Made by a program: the position numbers and the translations under genes. A DNA stretch of 64,000 bases. It comes from Deltaproteobacteria bacterium (lineage in GTDB: Bacteria > Myxococcota > Kuafuiibacteriia > Kuafuiibacteriales > Kuafuiibacteriaceae). The stretch lies in assembly GCA_040218735.1 (NCBI GenBank), contig JAVJQW010000007.1, positions 32,001-96,000 of the forward strand, given 5' to 3'. The notes under the pieces were generated by a model. The model ran no database searches. It was not told where the DNA came from and saw nothing but the letters and a program-made list of their open reading frames with translations. This document shows, in pieces, positions 18,469 to 28,721 of the stretch (positions are counted from its first letter, which is position 1; each line of letters starts with the position of its first letter).

Positions 18469-20220
18469 ATGAAGAAGCTCGCAGTCCTCCTCTCGATGTC
18501 CCTCGCCGCGTGCGCGACCGACGTGCGTCGCTTCCCGCTCGCCGATCCGCTGTGGATCGACGAAGACCAGAACCACGTCCCCGAGAAGCCGTCCGACTAC
18601 TACTCCGGGCTGATGGCCGACGGCGCCGACATGATGGCGTTCTATCCGCTGTCGCGGATGTGGACGTTCCCGCTGGCCAAGGAAGCCGCCAACGCCAACG
18701 CGCTCGACGAGGTCCCGAACAGCTCGTGGTTCACGAACCGCATCGGCCTGCATCCGGTCACGCCCGAGGAGGCCGCGCTCGGTGCGTGCAACGGGCAGCC
18801 GAAGCTCGACCCCGCGGACGGCAAGTGGATCGTCAGCGGCGCGAAGCCGAACGGCGCGAACCCGGGGTTCTTCATCAAGGCGCCGAACGGTCAGCGGTAC
18901 CTGCTGAAGTTCGACGGCCCGCAGCAGCCGCCGCGCGCGACGTCGGCGGACGTGATCGGTTCGAAGCTCTACTGGACGGCCGGGTTCTTCACGCCGTGCA
19001 ACCAGGTCGTCTACTTCCCCGAGACGATCTTCGCGATCGACCCGGAGGCGACCGCGGAGAACGAGTTCGGCGAGAAGCAGCCGATCACCGACGCCGACAT
19101 CGACAAGACGCTCTCGAAGGCGTTCCGCCTCAAGGACGGGCGTCTGAGGGCGTCGGCGAGCCAGTTCGTCCCCGGGCGACCGATCGGGCCGTTCACGTAC
19201 CAAGGCACGCGCGGCGACGATCCGAACGACATCATCCCGCACGAGGACCGGCGCGAGCTGCGCGGGTCGTACGTCTTCGCGGCGTGGATCAACCACTTCG
19301 ACTCACGCGAGCAGAACACCCTCGACGTGTGGTCGAAGGACGGCGAGCGCGAGTTCATCCGGCACTACATCATCGACTGGGGTGACTCGTTCGGGAGCCG
19401 GTGGCCGCACGATCAGATCAGCCGCCGCCTCGGCCTGTCGTACTACTTCGACTTCCAGCACGTGTTCCTCGACCTCATCACGTTCGGGCTGATCCCGCGC
19501 GCGTGGAACCGCTCCGAGGTGAGCGCGGAGGAGATCTTCGGTTACTACAACGTCGAGCAGTTCGACCCGGTCGACTACCGGCCCGGCTACCCGAACCCCG
19601 CCTTCGACGCACGTCAGCCGCGCGACCTCATGTGGGCGATCCGGGTCCTCGCGCGGTTCACGCCGGAGCACCTGCGCGCGATCATCGCGCAAGGCAAGTT
19701 GCCGGACCCGCGCCAGGAGCGCGAGCTGTACCGCGTGCTGCGCGGACGTCAGTTGAAGCTGATCGAGTCCGTCGTGACGAAGTACTCGCCGCTCACGAAC
19801 TTCAAGCTCGTTCGCCGCAAGGCGGACAGCAAACGGCAGTCGCTGTGTTTCGAGGACATCGCGCTTCAGTACGGCGTCGTCAGCTCCACGGTCGCGACGT
19901 ACAAGATGCGCTTCATGGGCGGGGAGGCCGCCGACGAGGAGCTCGGTTGGCTGCAGTTCCGGCCGGACTCCGACCACCCGCACCGAAGCTGCGCGGCGCT
20001 CCCGATCGGCCACCGTCGGCCGGCGGACCTCGTCGACGCGAGCGCGCCCGACGACGACCCGAAACGCTACGGCATCATGCGCATCTTCGTGCACCAGACG
20101 CGCTCGGTGCTGCCCACGTCCGAGACCCGCGTACACATGTACGATCTCGGCCGCGAACGTGGGTTCAAGATCGTCGGGATCGAACACCCGACGAACGCCA
20201 CGAGACCCGACGTCTACTGA
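18469..20220 (+). CDS. Lipoprotein with atypical (HipA/CotH/PI3K-like) kinase-fold motifs
   Basis: Lipobox LAAC. Motifs GANPGF, YLLKFD, WINHFDSREQN and HYIIDWGDSFG. Starts 4 nt after the Omp85 gene. Confidence 0.7.
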   Translation: MKKLAVLLSMSLAACATDVRRFPLADPLWIDEDQNHVPEKPSDYYSGLMADGADMMAFYPLSRMWTFPLAKEAANANALDEVPNSSWFTNRIGLHPVTPEEAALGACNGQPKLDPADGKWIVSGAKPNGANPGFFIKAPNGQRYLLKFDGPQQPPRATSADVIGSKLYWTAGFFTPCNQVVYFPETIFAIDPEATAENEFGEKQPITDADIDKTLSKAFRLKDGRLRASASQFVPGRPIGPFTYQGTRGDDPNDIIPHEDRRELRGSYVFAAWINHFDSREQNTLDVWSKDGEREFIRHYIIDWGDSFGSRWPHDQISRRLGLSYYFDFQHVFLDLITFGLIPRAWNRSEVSAEEIFGYYNVEQFDPVDYRPGYPNPAFDARQPRDLMWAIRVLARFTPEHLRAIIAQGKLPDPRQERELYRVLRGRQLKLIESVVTKYSPLTNFKLVRRKADSKRQSLCFEDIALQYGVVSSTVATYKMRFMGGEAADEELGWLQFRPDSDHPHRSCAALPIGHRRPADLVDASAPDDDPKRYGIMRIFVHQTRSVLPTSETRVHMYDLGRERGFKIVGIEHPTNATRPDVY

Positions 20221-20846
20221 ACGGTCACCAGCTCGATCGAGGGCTTCGTCATCCCGCCTTCGATCGCGTGCACCTGAGGCTCCGCGTTCTTCGCGACCTG
20301 CACCCCACGCAACACCACCCGCGCGAAGTCGGCCGCCGCGACGAACCCGCCTTCGTCGGCGCGGTTGTCGTGCGCGAAGCTCATCGCGATCGTCACCTTG
20401 GCGTCGCCGCCCGCGAACACCCCGCCGCCTTGCTCGGCGCGGTTGCCCGCGAACGTCGTTCGCTCGGCGCGCAGCACGCCGCGTTCGACGTACGCGCCGC
20501 CGCCGCGGTGTTTGGCGCGGTTGCCGCTGAGGACGCAGTCGAGGAGCCGAACGCGGGCTTCGTTGTCGATCGCGAGCGCGCCGCCGTAGCGGCCGCGGCC
20601 GTTGACCACCGTGAGGCCCTCCAGGGTCACCTCGCCGTCGTCCACGCGGATCGCCGTACCTTCCTTCGCCGCGTCGAGCACGGTCTCTCCCGGCACGCCG
20701 ACGATGTGAATCGAACGACGAATCACGATCGCCCCGACGTAGGTCTTCGGCTCCAAACGCACCGTCGCCCCGGGCTCCGCCTGGTCGATACGCTGCTGTA
20801 GCTGAGTCGTCGTCACTGTCGCCGCCATCGTCATCATCAGCACCAT
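20214..20846 (-). CDS. Right-handed beta-helix (pectin-lyase-like / Pmp-repeat) protein
   Basis: LQQRIDQAEPGATVRL cap followed by repeated GG(A/G)...(L/F)xGNxA units. Coupled to the upstream gene. Confidence 0.75.
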   Translation of the reverse strand: MVLMMTMAATVTTTQLQQRIDQAEPGATVRLEPKTYVGAIVIRRSIHIVGVPGETVLDAAKEGTAIRVDDGEVTLEGLTVVNGRGRYGGALAIDNEARVRLLDCVLSGNRAKHRGGGAYVERGVLRAERTTFAGNRAEQGGGVFAGGDAKVTIAMSFAHDNRADEGGFVAAADFARVVLRGVQVAKNAEPQVHAIEGGMTKPSIELVTVQ

Positions 20847-21829
20847 CACGCGTCGTTGATCTTGAGGCTGTCGAAGTTCGCCCGGAGTTTGTCGAGCGGC
20901 ACCTCGTAGATGCTGTCTTCGAGCTTCCGAGATCCGTCGTTCACGCCCCACGGGTTGTAGATGCGGATGTACTTCTTGCCGTCGCGCTCCACCGCGCCGA
21001 GCACGGCGTACGCGTGGTCGCCCGGGTAGTCGGTCGCGCCGTCCTTCGTGCTGAGCGTCATCGGGTGCCCGCCGCGCTCCGCGGCCTTCACCTTGTCGTA
21101 GATGTCGTTCGGGTCCGTGGTGGAGCCGATGCTCGTGTTGCGTGAGCTGCGCCCGGTGATGAGCTCCATCGCGCGCCCGGAGTTTCCGCCTTCGATCTTG
21201 TCGTAGCCGCCCTTGTACTGCGCGTAGGCCTTCTCGATGAGCGCCGGCCACAGCGTGTTGTTCTGGTTCCCGGGGGTCGGGTCGGCGTAAGAGTGTTTGC
21301 CGTCGGAGTTGTGCGGGAACGTCGGCGTGACGTTGACCGGCACCGTCTTCCACTTGCCGCCCTCCTTCACCCGGAGGCGCACCGTGTACGTCCCGTCGTC
21401 GTTCTTGCTGATCATGTTCCTGAGGAGGTTCGGGTCGGTCTTGGCGACCGCGGCCATCGCGCCCATGAGGTAACAGTCGCCGAGCCCGCCCTGGTCGACG
21501 TCGGCGACCGTCGGGTCGACCGTGCGTCCGTCCTTGGTGCGGAACGCTTCACCCTCCACGCGTTTGTACGTGACGGCGTCGTCCGTCGGCACGCCGGGCT
21601 CCTTGCCGGTCGACGTGAGACGCGCCTGAAGCTGCGCCGCGATCGGATCGTTCGAGACCCGCGCGCTGGCGTAGAGCGCCGTCTCCGCGGTCGGCATCGA
21701 GACGAACGCCAACGCCTCTTCGTTCGGGATGTCGTGTGAAATGGCGATCGTCGTGTTGCGCGAAGGGATCTGATCCGGATCCGCGGCTCCGCCGACGCCA
21801 TGAGCTCCTGCTGTCGTGACTCGCACCAT
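20846..21829 (-). CDS. Calpain-like (C2 family) cysteine protease
   Basis: QGGLGDCYL (catalytic Cys), WPALIEKAYA, HAYAV (His), YNPWG (Asn). Start is uncertain: ATG 21829 or an internal ATG near 21697. Confidence 0.85.
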   Translation of the reverse strand: MVRVTTAGAHGVGGAADPDQIPSRNTTIAISHDIPNEEALAFVSMPTAETALYASARVSNDPIAAQLQARLTSTGKEPGVPTDDAVTYKRVEGEAFRTKDGRTVDPTVADVDQGGLGDCYLMGAMAAVAKTDPNLLRNMISKNDDGTYTVRLRVKEGGKWKTVPVNVTPTFPHNSDGKHSYADPTPGNQNNTLWPALIEKAYAQYKGGYDKIEGGNSGRAMELITGRSSRNTSIGSTTDPNDIYDKVKAAERGGHPMTLSTKDGATDYPGDHAYAVLGAVERDGKKYIRIYNPWGVNDGSRKLEDSIYEVPLDKLRANFDSLKINDA

Positions 21830-22092
21830 GTCGAAGGGCATTCGCAAACGCAGGACCACTTCGCCGTGCCCATGTCGCACTCGAACGATCTCGCGCACGT
21901 AGCGTCGCGCGCTCTCCGGAGGGCCCGTTCCCACTCCCAACCCGCGTTCCCAATTCGGGCACCCCCGCGATCCCAACTGCGGGTGAGTCCTGTGATGCAC
22001 GTCGCGCAAAAATCGAAGAACGCGCGAACCGAACGGACGTTGATATCCAGCGAGGCCACGATGGTGGGCTCGAAAGAAAGAGGAGGATTCAC

Positions 22093-22611
22093 ATGAACAA
22101 CAAGACGAAGCTCTCGACCCTGATCGTGACCGGCATCTTCGGCGCCGCGAGCATCGCCGCCGCTTCACCGTCGCTGCTCGCGCCGCGACCCGAGTCACTC
22201 CCCACGCCCGCCACGCTCCCGGTACCGATCGAGGCGCGCGCTGAGCAGCCGGACGTCCTCTCCAAGACCACGAAGGACCGGCGGAAGATCGTCCGCGTGA
22301 AGAAGAAGGGGCTCCCGAAGATCGCCCCGAAGTCGCAGCTCTTCATGAAGCTCGACGCAAACGCCGACGGCTTCGTGTCCTACGCGGAGATGCAGCGCGG
22401 TACGCCGATGAACGCGAAGAAGCACTTCGCTCGCCTCGACTCGAACGGCGACGGCAAGCTGTCGATGGACGAGATGAACGCTCGCGGCAAGCGCGACGCG
22501 AAATTGAAGAAGTCGAAGAAGGCGAAGGCCAAGCTCGCGAAGAAGAACGTGAAGCTCGACCGCGAGGGGCGCGCGAAGCACGACGCGAAGAAGATGCGCC
22601 GCCGCTCGTAG
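22093..22611 (+). CDS. Exported Lys-rich protein with two EF-hands
   Basis: AGGAGG RBS, signal peptide, DANADGFVSYAE and DSNGDGKLSMDE loops. Confidence 0.85.
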   Translation: MNNKTKLSTLIVTGIFGAASIAAASPSLLAPRPESLPTPATLPVPIEARAEQPDVLSKTTKDRRKIVRVKKKGLPKIAPKSQLFMKLDANADGFVSYAEMQRGTPMNAKKHFARLDSNGDGKLSMDEMNARGKRDAKLKKSKKAKAKLAKKNVKLDREGRAKHDAKKMRRRS

Positions 22612-22637
22612 ACCTCGGCACAACTGAAGACACGACG

Positions 22638-22673
22638 ACGGCGCGCTTCCTCGGAGGCGTGCCGTTCTTCGTT
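22638..22673 (+). terminator. Probable intrinsic terminator between convergent genes
   Basis: ACGGCGCGCTTC-ctcg-GAGGCGTGCCGT stem (with G-T pairs) followed by TCTTCGTT. Confidence 0.5.
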
Positions 22674-22678
22674 GGGGA

Positions 22679-24595
22679 TCACATTCGCGTGAGGAACACC
22701 GCGACGATCGCGATGACCAGCGCGATCCCGGTCACCACCAGCGCCGGCATCACCCAGTCGACCTTGCGCGGCGGCGCCTCGGGGAGCGTGGCTTCGGGGA
22801 CCGCCTCCGCGCGGAAGCCCGCCGGCGGATCCGTGCGACGGACGTCCGCCGGGTCCTGCGTCGGCACCGTGGCGCGGTGCACCTGAATCGGCTGCCGTTG
22901 GTTCACCGGACGCTCGGGGCGTTCCGGCCGCTCCGCACGCTCGGGGCGCCGGTCCTGCGTGCGCACCTTCTCTCGGATCGCGCGGCCCTTGGTGTTCGCG
23001 GGCGGCGGCGGCGCGGCCGAGACGTTCACCACCGAAGGCGGCGGCATCGCGTCGTCCTCGACGCGAACGTTCGACAGGCGCGTGGGGGCGTCGCCGTCGT
23101 CGTCGAGCGGCTCCTGTGGCGCGCCGAACCCGGACGGCGGCGCGCTCATCATCACCGTCATCTCGTCGTCGCGGTAACCGCCGACGGAGGACACACCGAG
23201 CACCGGCGCGGACTGGATCGTGCCCTCGAGGTCGTCGTCGAACGCGTCTTCGGGGCGCGGCGGCGGACGCTGCGCGGCCGTCTCTTCGCTGCGGATCGGG
23301 TTCGCCGGGTAGTGCGCGATCTGCGTCGGTGCGTCGACGGAGGCGCGCGGCGGGTGGTCGGCGGTGATCTCGTCGTGCGTTCGGACGAGCGTGCCTTCCT
23401 CCATCTCGTTGCGCGGCTCTTCGTTGGGCACCGCGGCGTCCGTGACGACGCGATCGATCTCCTTGTTCTTCTTGCGCTTCTGTTTGCGCTGCGCCGTCTC
23501 GATCTGCCGCGTCCACTCGATCGGAAGCTCGCCGCGGCCGAACACCGACAGCGCGCCTTCACGCGACGTCGCGATGATGATCGAGTGCTCCGACGCGTTG
23601 TCGAACGCGAGCTCCGCGAGGTCCGGCACCGGCGGGGGCGAGAAGTCCACCTTCGGGTAGAGCTTGTGCAGGTACCGGATGAAGTCTTCGCGTTCGTCGC
23701 GCCCGCTGCGCAGCGTCTCGACGAAGTCGAGCATCTCCTGCGCGTCCTGGTAGCGGTCCTCGGGGCGCACGCCGACCGCCGTCATCACCAGCGTGTCGAT
23801 CTCCTTGGGGAGGGTCGGGATCACCGACCGCGGCGGGCGGTGCTTCGGGCTGAGCACGCGCTGCCAGAGCGTCGCCTGGTCCTGTTCGTCCACGAGGCGG
23901 TCGCCCGTGAACACCTCGAACAACATCACGCCGGTCGAGTAGATGTCCGCGCGTCCGTCGATGCGTTCGTGGCGCGCCTGCTCCGGGGACATGTAGCCGT
24001 ACTTTCCGACGGCGAGCGCGCCCTGCGTACGTGCCGGGAGCAGGTCGGTGCGTGCGAGGCCGAAGTCGATCAGCTTCACCGATCCGTCGAAGCCGATGAG
24101 GACGTTCTGCGGAGAGATGTCGCGGTGGACGAGGCCCATGTGGCGACCGTGCTCGTCCGTGAGGCTGTGCGCGTAGTCGAGGCCCTTGAGGAGGTTCGCG
24201 GTGACGTAGAGCCCGAGGTGCGTGGGCATTGGCTCGCCGCGTTCGTAGGCGCGGTCGAGGACGTCGCCGAGGTCGCGCCCGTGCACGAACTCCATCGCGA
24301 TGTAGTAGTCGGCGTCGACCTTTCCGGCGTCGAAGACACGGATGATGTTCCCGTGTCCGATGCGAACCATGATCTTCGCCTCGTCGGCGAATCGGCCGAC
24401 GAACTCTTCGTCACCGGTGAGGTCGCCGCGGATGGTCTTGATGACGCAGCGCCGCCGGACACCCTTGGCCTGCGCGAGGAACACTTCGCCCATTCCGCCG
24501 CGCGAGAGGGACTTCTCCAGCACGTACCGCCCGAACGAACGCGGAAACTTCTTCTTCATCCCGACGACCGGGGCGTTCTCGAGCGGGTTGGGCAC
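22679..24595 (-). CDS. Hanks-type Ser/Thr protein kinase with disordered linker and C-terminal TM
   Basis: GGMGEVF, VIK, HRDISPQN, DFG, GKYGYMSPE, and a hydrophobic C-terminus. Alternative start ATG 24559. Confidence 0.95.
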   Translation of the reverse strand: MPNPLENAPVVGMKKKFPRSFGRYVLEKSLSRGGMGEVFLAQAKGVRRRCVIKTIRGDLTGDEEFVGRFADEAKIMVRIGHGNIIRVFDAGKVDADYYIAMEFVHGRDLGDVLDRAYERGEPMPTHLGLYVTANLLKGLDYAHSLTDEHGRHMGLVHRDISPQNVLIGFDGSVKLIDFGLARTDLLPARTQGALAVGKYGYMSPEQARHERIDGRADIYSTGVMLFEVFTGDRLVDEQDQATLWQRVLSPKHRPPRSVIPTLPKEIDTLVMTAVGVRPEDRYQDAQEMLDFVETLRSGRDEREDFIRYLHKLYPKVDFSPPPVPDLAELAFDNASEHSIIIATSREGALSVFGRGELPIEWTRQIETAQRKQKRKKNKEIDRVVTDAAVPNEEPRNEMEEGTLVRTHDEITADHPPRASVDAPTQIAHYPANPIRSEETAAQRPPPRPEDAFDDDLEGTIQSAPVLGVSSVGGYRDDEMTVMMSAPPSGFGAPQEPLDDDGDAPTRLSNVRVEDDAMPPPSVVNVSAAPPPPANTKGRAIREKVRTQDRRPERAERPERPERPVNQRQPIQVHRATVPTQDPADVRRTDPPAGFRAEAVPEATLPEAPPRKVDWVMPALVVTGIALVIAIVAVFLTRM

Positions 24596-24598
24596 GGT

Positions 24599-27538
24599 CT
24601 AGCTCTGTGAAATCCTCGAGCCCATCACATCGGTGACGAGCTGCAACACCTGGTCGTAACGGAAAGGTTTCGCAACGACGAGGTCGACCCCCTTGGTCGA
24701 CAGCTCGTCTTCATCGATCGTCGAGCCCCACCCGGTGATCAGACCCACCGGGGTTCGCGGGCTCTTCGCCTTGATGCTCTGCGCCACCTCCCATCCGTTC
24801 ATGCCGGGCATTCCCAAGTCCGTGAAGACGACGTCGAACTGTCCGTCAGCGAACCGAGCGAGCCCTTCGGCACCGCTGCCCACTGCGACGACTTCATGCG
24901 CACCGGACCGGAGGATATCAGCGAGCACGTCCCTTACCGCAACGTCGTCGTCGATCACGAGAATTCTCGCTGCATTCGATGGGTTAGGCGACTCCTCCAG
25001 CTGGGGTAGGGGGGTCAGGCCCTCGTGGGGGCCGTAGGTCAGGTCGCCCTGCGTCATCGGGAGGAGGACGCGGATCGTGCTCCCCTGGCCCCGTTTCGAC
25101 CGCACGGCGATCTCTCCTTTGTGCCTTTGGACGATCCCGTACGACACCGACATCCCGAGCCCGGTGCCGCGCGTGCCCTTCGTCGTGAAGAACGGATCGA
25201 AGACCTTGTTCTTCGTCTCCTCGTCCATCCCGATGCCCGTGTCCTCGACCTCGAACCACGCGCGCTCGGCCTCCGCGTCCGTGCGGATCGCGAGTCGACC
25301 GCCGTGGGGCATCGCGTCGATCGCGTTGTGGATGAGGTTCGTCAGCACTTCGCGCAGCTCGGTCGCGTTGCCTTTTACGGGGCCGACCTCGCCGAGTGAC
25401 ACCTGAAGATCGATGTCGATGCCCATGTCGTTGACGCGGGTCGTCGTGAGGTCGACGGCGTCGCGGACGATCGGGTTGAGGTGCACTTCGACGAGCTCAC
25501 CCTCCGCCTTCTCCTTCGCAAACTCCTGGATGCGCCGCACGGTGCCGGCGCCGTCGAGCGCGGCCTTCTCGATCACCTTGAGCGACTTGCGCATCTCGGG
25601 GTCGCGGATCATCACGCGGAGCATCTGCGCGCGACCGAGGATCGCGGACAGCACGTTGTTGAAGTCGTGCGCGACGCCCGCGGCCATCTCGCCGAGGCTC
25701 TGCAGCTTCTCGCTGCGGACGAGGCGGTCCTTTGCGTCGCTCAGATCGCGATAGGCACCTTCGAGGTCGGAGAACACCCGCGCGTTCTTCAACGAGATCG
25801 CCATGTGCGCGGCGAGGTCGCCGAGGAGATCGAGGTCGCGCTGGCGGAACCGTTCGTCCGAGCTCACGACGAACACACCGACCGCGGCGTGGTCCGCGAC
25901 GATCGGCACCGCCGCCGACCACCACTTCACGTCGGGACCCGACGGGTGCTGCAGCTGCATCTTCCCCGGCTCCACCACCGCCACCTGCTTCGACTCGAGC
26001 GCGCGGCGGTACGGGCGGATCGTCTGCACGTCGATGGGCTCGTGCAGCCGAACGACGAGGTCCTCGCCCGGGGAGGGGCGGTCGATCGTGCGTACGCTCG
26101 CGTGGGTGTCGTCGCGGCGGAGGATGATCAGCGACGCGCGCCGGTAAGGCACCAACCGCTGCAGGCGTTCGCCGACGATCCGGAACACCCCCTCCACGTC
26201 CAGCGTCGACCCGATCGCACGCGCGATCTCCGAGAGCGCCTGCAGCCGGTCCACGCCCTCGCTCGCCTTCTTGTAGAGGCGGGCGTTCTCGATCGCGACC
26301 GCAATCTGTCTTGCGACCGCCGTGAATAGGCTGATGTCTTCTGGGAGGAACTGCCGCGGCTCGCGCGTGAACACCGTGACGACGCCCGAAGGTCGGTCGT
26401 GGCTGATCAGCGGGAGCGCGACGGCCGACCGGAAGCCCTCGTGCGACGCCGCGCCGTGTTGGATGCGCTCATCTTCGTGAATGTCTTCGATTCGCTGGAG
26501 CTCCCGCGTCACGAGCGCGAGCCCGAGCACGCCGTCCTCCGCGGTGCGCGTGCGCATCTCGCGGATGAACGTCTCACTCGCGCCGCGGCAGTGGACCGAC
26601 GCGAACTTCGTTCCGGCGTCGTCGAGGATCCAGATGCCGGCGGCGTCGACGCCGAGGAGCTCGATGAGCCGTTCGACGACGCCCTCCAGGATGGCGCCGA
26701 GGTCGCGCACCTCGGTGATCGCGGCGGCGACCGCGTTGAGCACCGACAGCTCGTGGTTCTTTCGGAGGAGGGTGCGCTCGTAGGCCTTGCGACCGGTGAT
26801 GTCGGTCGGGATGCCGAGCACGGCGGGCTCGCCGTCGAACTCGATGTACGAGACCGAGACCTCGAGGTCGAAGGTGCTCCCGTCCTTCCGTTGGCCGCGG
26901 AACTCGTAGCGCGTGGGGAGGGGTTGCTTCGAACGCAGCCGGCTGCGCTCGGCGACCATCGGCTGTGACTCGGGCGCGACGAGCCGGTCGTAGGACATCT
27001 GCGGCGCGAGGATCTCCGCCGTGGTGTAGCCGAAGAGCTCCGCGAAGCGCTGGTTCACGTAGCGGAAGCGATCGCCGACGAGGATGTAGAACGCGTCGTT
27101 GCTCCGCTCGACCAGACCGCGGAACTGGAGGTTTGCGTCGCGGAGCTGATCGTGGAGCGCCTGCGTGGCGATCGCGCGGTCGATGATCAGCGGGAGCGTG
27201 CGGTCCGACGCGCTGTTCTTCACGAGCACGTCGACGGCGCCGCGCTGCATCGCTTCGAGCGCGACGGTCTCGTCGAGGCGGTCGGTGATCATCACGACCG
27301 GCGGCGCCTCGGGTTCGAGGCGGATCTCGTCGAGCAGCGCGATGGCGTCCATCACGGCGTCGTCGAGGACGACGCCCGCGACGGGGTGGGTCGCGAGGTA
27401 GCGGATCGCTTCGTCGCCGGTGCTCACCGGGACGACCTGCATGTCCGGCACCTCGGCTTCGATCACTTCGATGGTGCGCGCACGATGGCCCGACTCGGCC
27501 TCGATCAGCAGGATCGTGCGTCGGCTGGTTTCGCTCAC
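24599..27538 (-). CDS. Hybrid sensor kinase (REC-PAS-GAF-GAF-HisKA-HATPase-REC)
   Basis: AGVAHDFNN, NLIHNAIDAM, FFTTKG..GTGLG, VFTDLGMP. GTG 27538 overlaps the upstream stop as GTGA. Confidence 0.92.
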   Translation of the reverse strand: MSETSRRTILLIEAESGHRARTIEVIEAEVPDMQVVPVSTGDEAIRYLATHPVAGVVLDDAVMDAIALLDEIRLEPEAPPVVMITDRLDETVALEAMQRGAVDVLVKNSASDRTLPLIIDRAIATQALHDQLRDANLQFRGLVERSNDAFYILVGDRFRYVNQRFAELFGYTTAEILAPQMSYDRLVAPESQPMVAERSRLRSKQPLPTRYEFRGQRKDGSTFDLEVSVSYIEFDGEPAVLGIPTDITGRKAYERTLLRKNHELSVLNAVAAAITEVRDLGAILEGVVERLIELLGVDAAGIWILDDAGTKFASVHCRGASETFIREMRTRTAEDGVLGLALVTRELQRIEDIHEDERIQHGAASHEGFRSAVALPLISHDRPSGVVTVFTREPRQFLPEDISLFTAVARQIAVAIENARLYKKASEGVDRLQALSEIARAIGSTLDVEGVFRIVGERLQRLVPYRRASLIILRRDDTHASVRTIDRPSPGEDLVVRLHEPIDVQTIRPYRRALESKQVAVVEPGKMQLQHPSGPDVKWWSAAVPIVADHAAVGVFVVSSDERFRQRDLDLLGDLAAHMAISLKNARVFSDLEGAYRDLSDAKDRLVRSEKLQSLGEMAAGVAHDFNNVLSAILGRAQMLRVMIRDPEMRKSLKVIEKAALDGAGTVRRIQEFAKEKAEGELVEVHLNPIVRDAVDLTTTRVNDMGIDIDLQVSLGEVGPVKGNATELREVLTNLIHNAIDAMPHGGRLAIRTDAEAERAWFEVEDTGIGMDEETKNKVFDPFFTTKGTRGTGLGMSVSYGIVQRHKGEIAVRSKRGQGSTIRVLLPMTQGDLTYGPHEGLTPLPQLEESPNPSNAARILVIDDDVAVRDVLADILRSGAHEVVAVGSGAEGLARFADGQFDVVFTDLGMPGMNGWEVAQSIKAKSPRTPVGLITGWGSTIDEDELSTKGVDLVVAKPFRYDQVLQLVTDVMGSRISQS

Positions 27539-28644
27539 GGGATGATCTGCGGCGTCGCGACGGAGAAGAGATAACCGGCCGTGCTGTTCGGGTCGTAGTC
27601 GTTGGTGAGTCCGGCGACGAACAGGCGCTGCACGGTCGCGCCGTCCACCGAGGCCATGAAGAAGCCGAGCGTGGGGAGGTCGCCGTTGACGTCGGTGATG
27701 AGGCCGTCGATGACCATGACCTCGTTGCGGAAGTAACCCGCCGACACCGGGAAGGTGCGGTGGAAGCCGCCGACCTGTTCGACGACCGGGAAGCCGACCT
27801 GCTGCGTGGAGATGGCTTCGATCAGACGCGCCTGCACGTTGTCCGGCGCGCCGCCGGTGAGCGAGAACTCGAGACCGTTCTGCGGGAGGATGATCGTGCC
27901 CGGGATCGGCCACGCGACGTGTTGCCCGAAGCAGCGATAGACCGTCTGCCCGACGGCGACGCCGGGCGCCTGGCAGACGTACGAACCCATCTTGGTGATC
28001 GGGTCGTGCAGCCAGATGCCGTAGGAGGTCGGGCCGCTCCCGCTGAGGGTGCGCGCGTCGAACTCACTCCACACGAGGCGGTAGGAGCGGTCCATCGGCT
28101 CGAAGCGCGGGGCGTCCTGCACGAAGCCTTCTTTTTCGATCAGGATGCGTGGGTCGCTGCCGTCGGCGTTGGCGACCATGATGTACGCCTGGGAGAAGCC
28201 GGTGTCGCCGATCGCTTGGTTGAGGTCCTCGCGGACCCACGCGACGAGCTGGCCGTCGAAGGACACCGCCGGGAGGGAGTCGACGAACCGCGTGCCGTCG
28301 GTGTCGCTGATTTGCCGGACGCGACCGTTGCGGTTGATGAGGAAGATGCCGTCGTCGCTGCGCGCGAACGCGATGCCGTTGCCGCCGGGTGAGACGGACG
28401 GCTGCCACTCGTTCCCTTGCGCCTCGGTCAGGCGGAACGCGGGTTGGGAGCCGATGTCGCCGGCGGCGGGGATGGGCGTGACGTACAGGTCGTACCCGTT
28501 GGAGGCCTGGATCGCGCGGGTGGCGAACACGACGCCCCCCGACAGCGAGGCGTACGGCTGGAGGATCTCGGTGTCGTCGAGGCCCGCCGCCTTCCCGCAT
28601 CCGGCGGCACCCGCGACGAGCGCGAGGATCGTGAGCACACGCAT
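27535..28644 (-). CDS. TolB-like / PD40 beta-propeller lipoprotein
   Basis: Lipobox AAGC. Repeats PSVSPGG..IAF, PAVSFDG..VAW and MVANADGS. Confidence 0.75.
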   Translation of the reverse strand: MRVLTILALVAGAAGCGKAAGLDDTEILQPYASLSGGVVFATRAIQASNGYDLYVTPIPAAGDIGSQPAFRLTEAQGNEWQPSVSPGGNGIAFARSDDGIFLINRNGRVRQISDTDGTRFVDSLPAVSFDGQLVAWVREDLNQAIGDTGFSQAYIMVANADGSDPRILIEKEGFVQDAPRFEPMDRSYRLVWSEFDARTLSGSGPTSYGIWLHDPITKMGSYVCQAPGVAVGQTVYRCFGQHVAWPIPGTIILPQNGLEFSLTGGAPDNVQARLIEAISTQQVGFPVVEQVGGFHRTFPVSAGYFRNEVMVIDGLITDVNGDLPTLGFFMASVDGATVQRLFVAGLTNDYDPNSTAGYLFSVATPQIIP

Positions 28645-28721
28645 CCGTACGGATCGTACCCGAGAACGAGCGCATCCGGCCACTTCGTGGGGGGTGCGGA
28701 GTTGGTGTAGGGTCCGCCGAC

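Noticed and set aside
22905-22950. Short tandem repeat encoding PERAERPERPERP
   Set aside because: Ordinary low-complexity linker inside a kinase.
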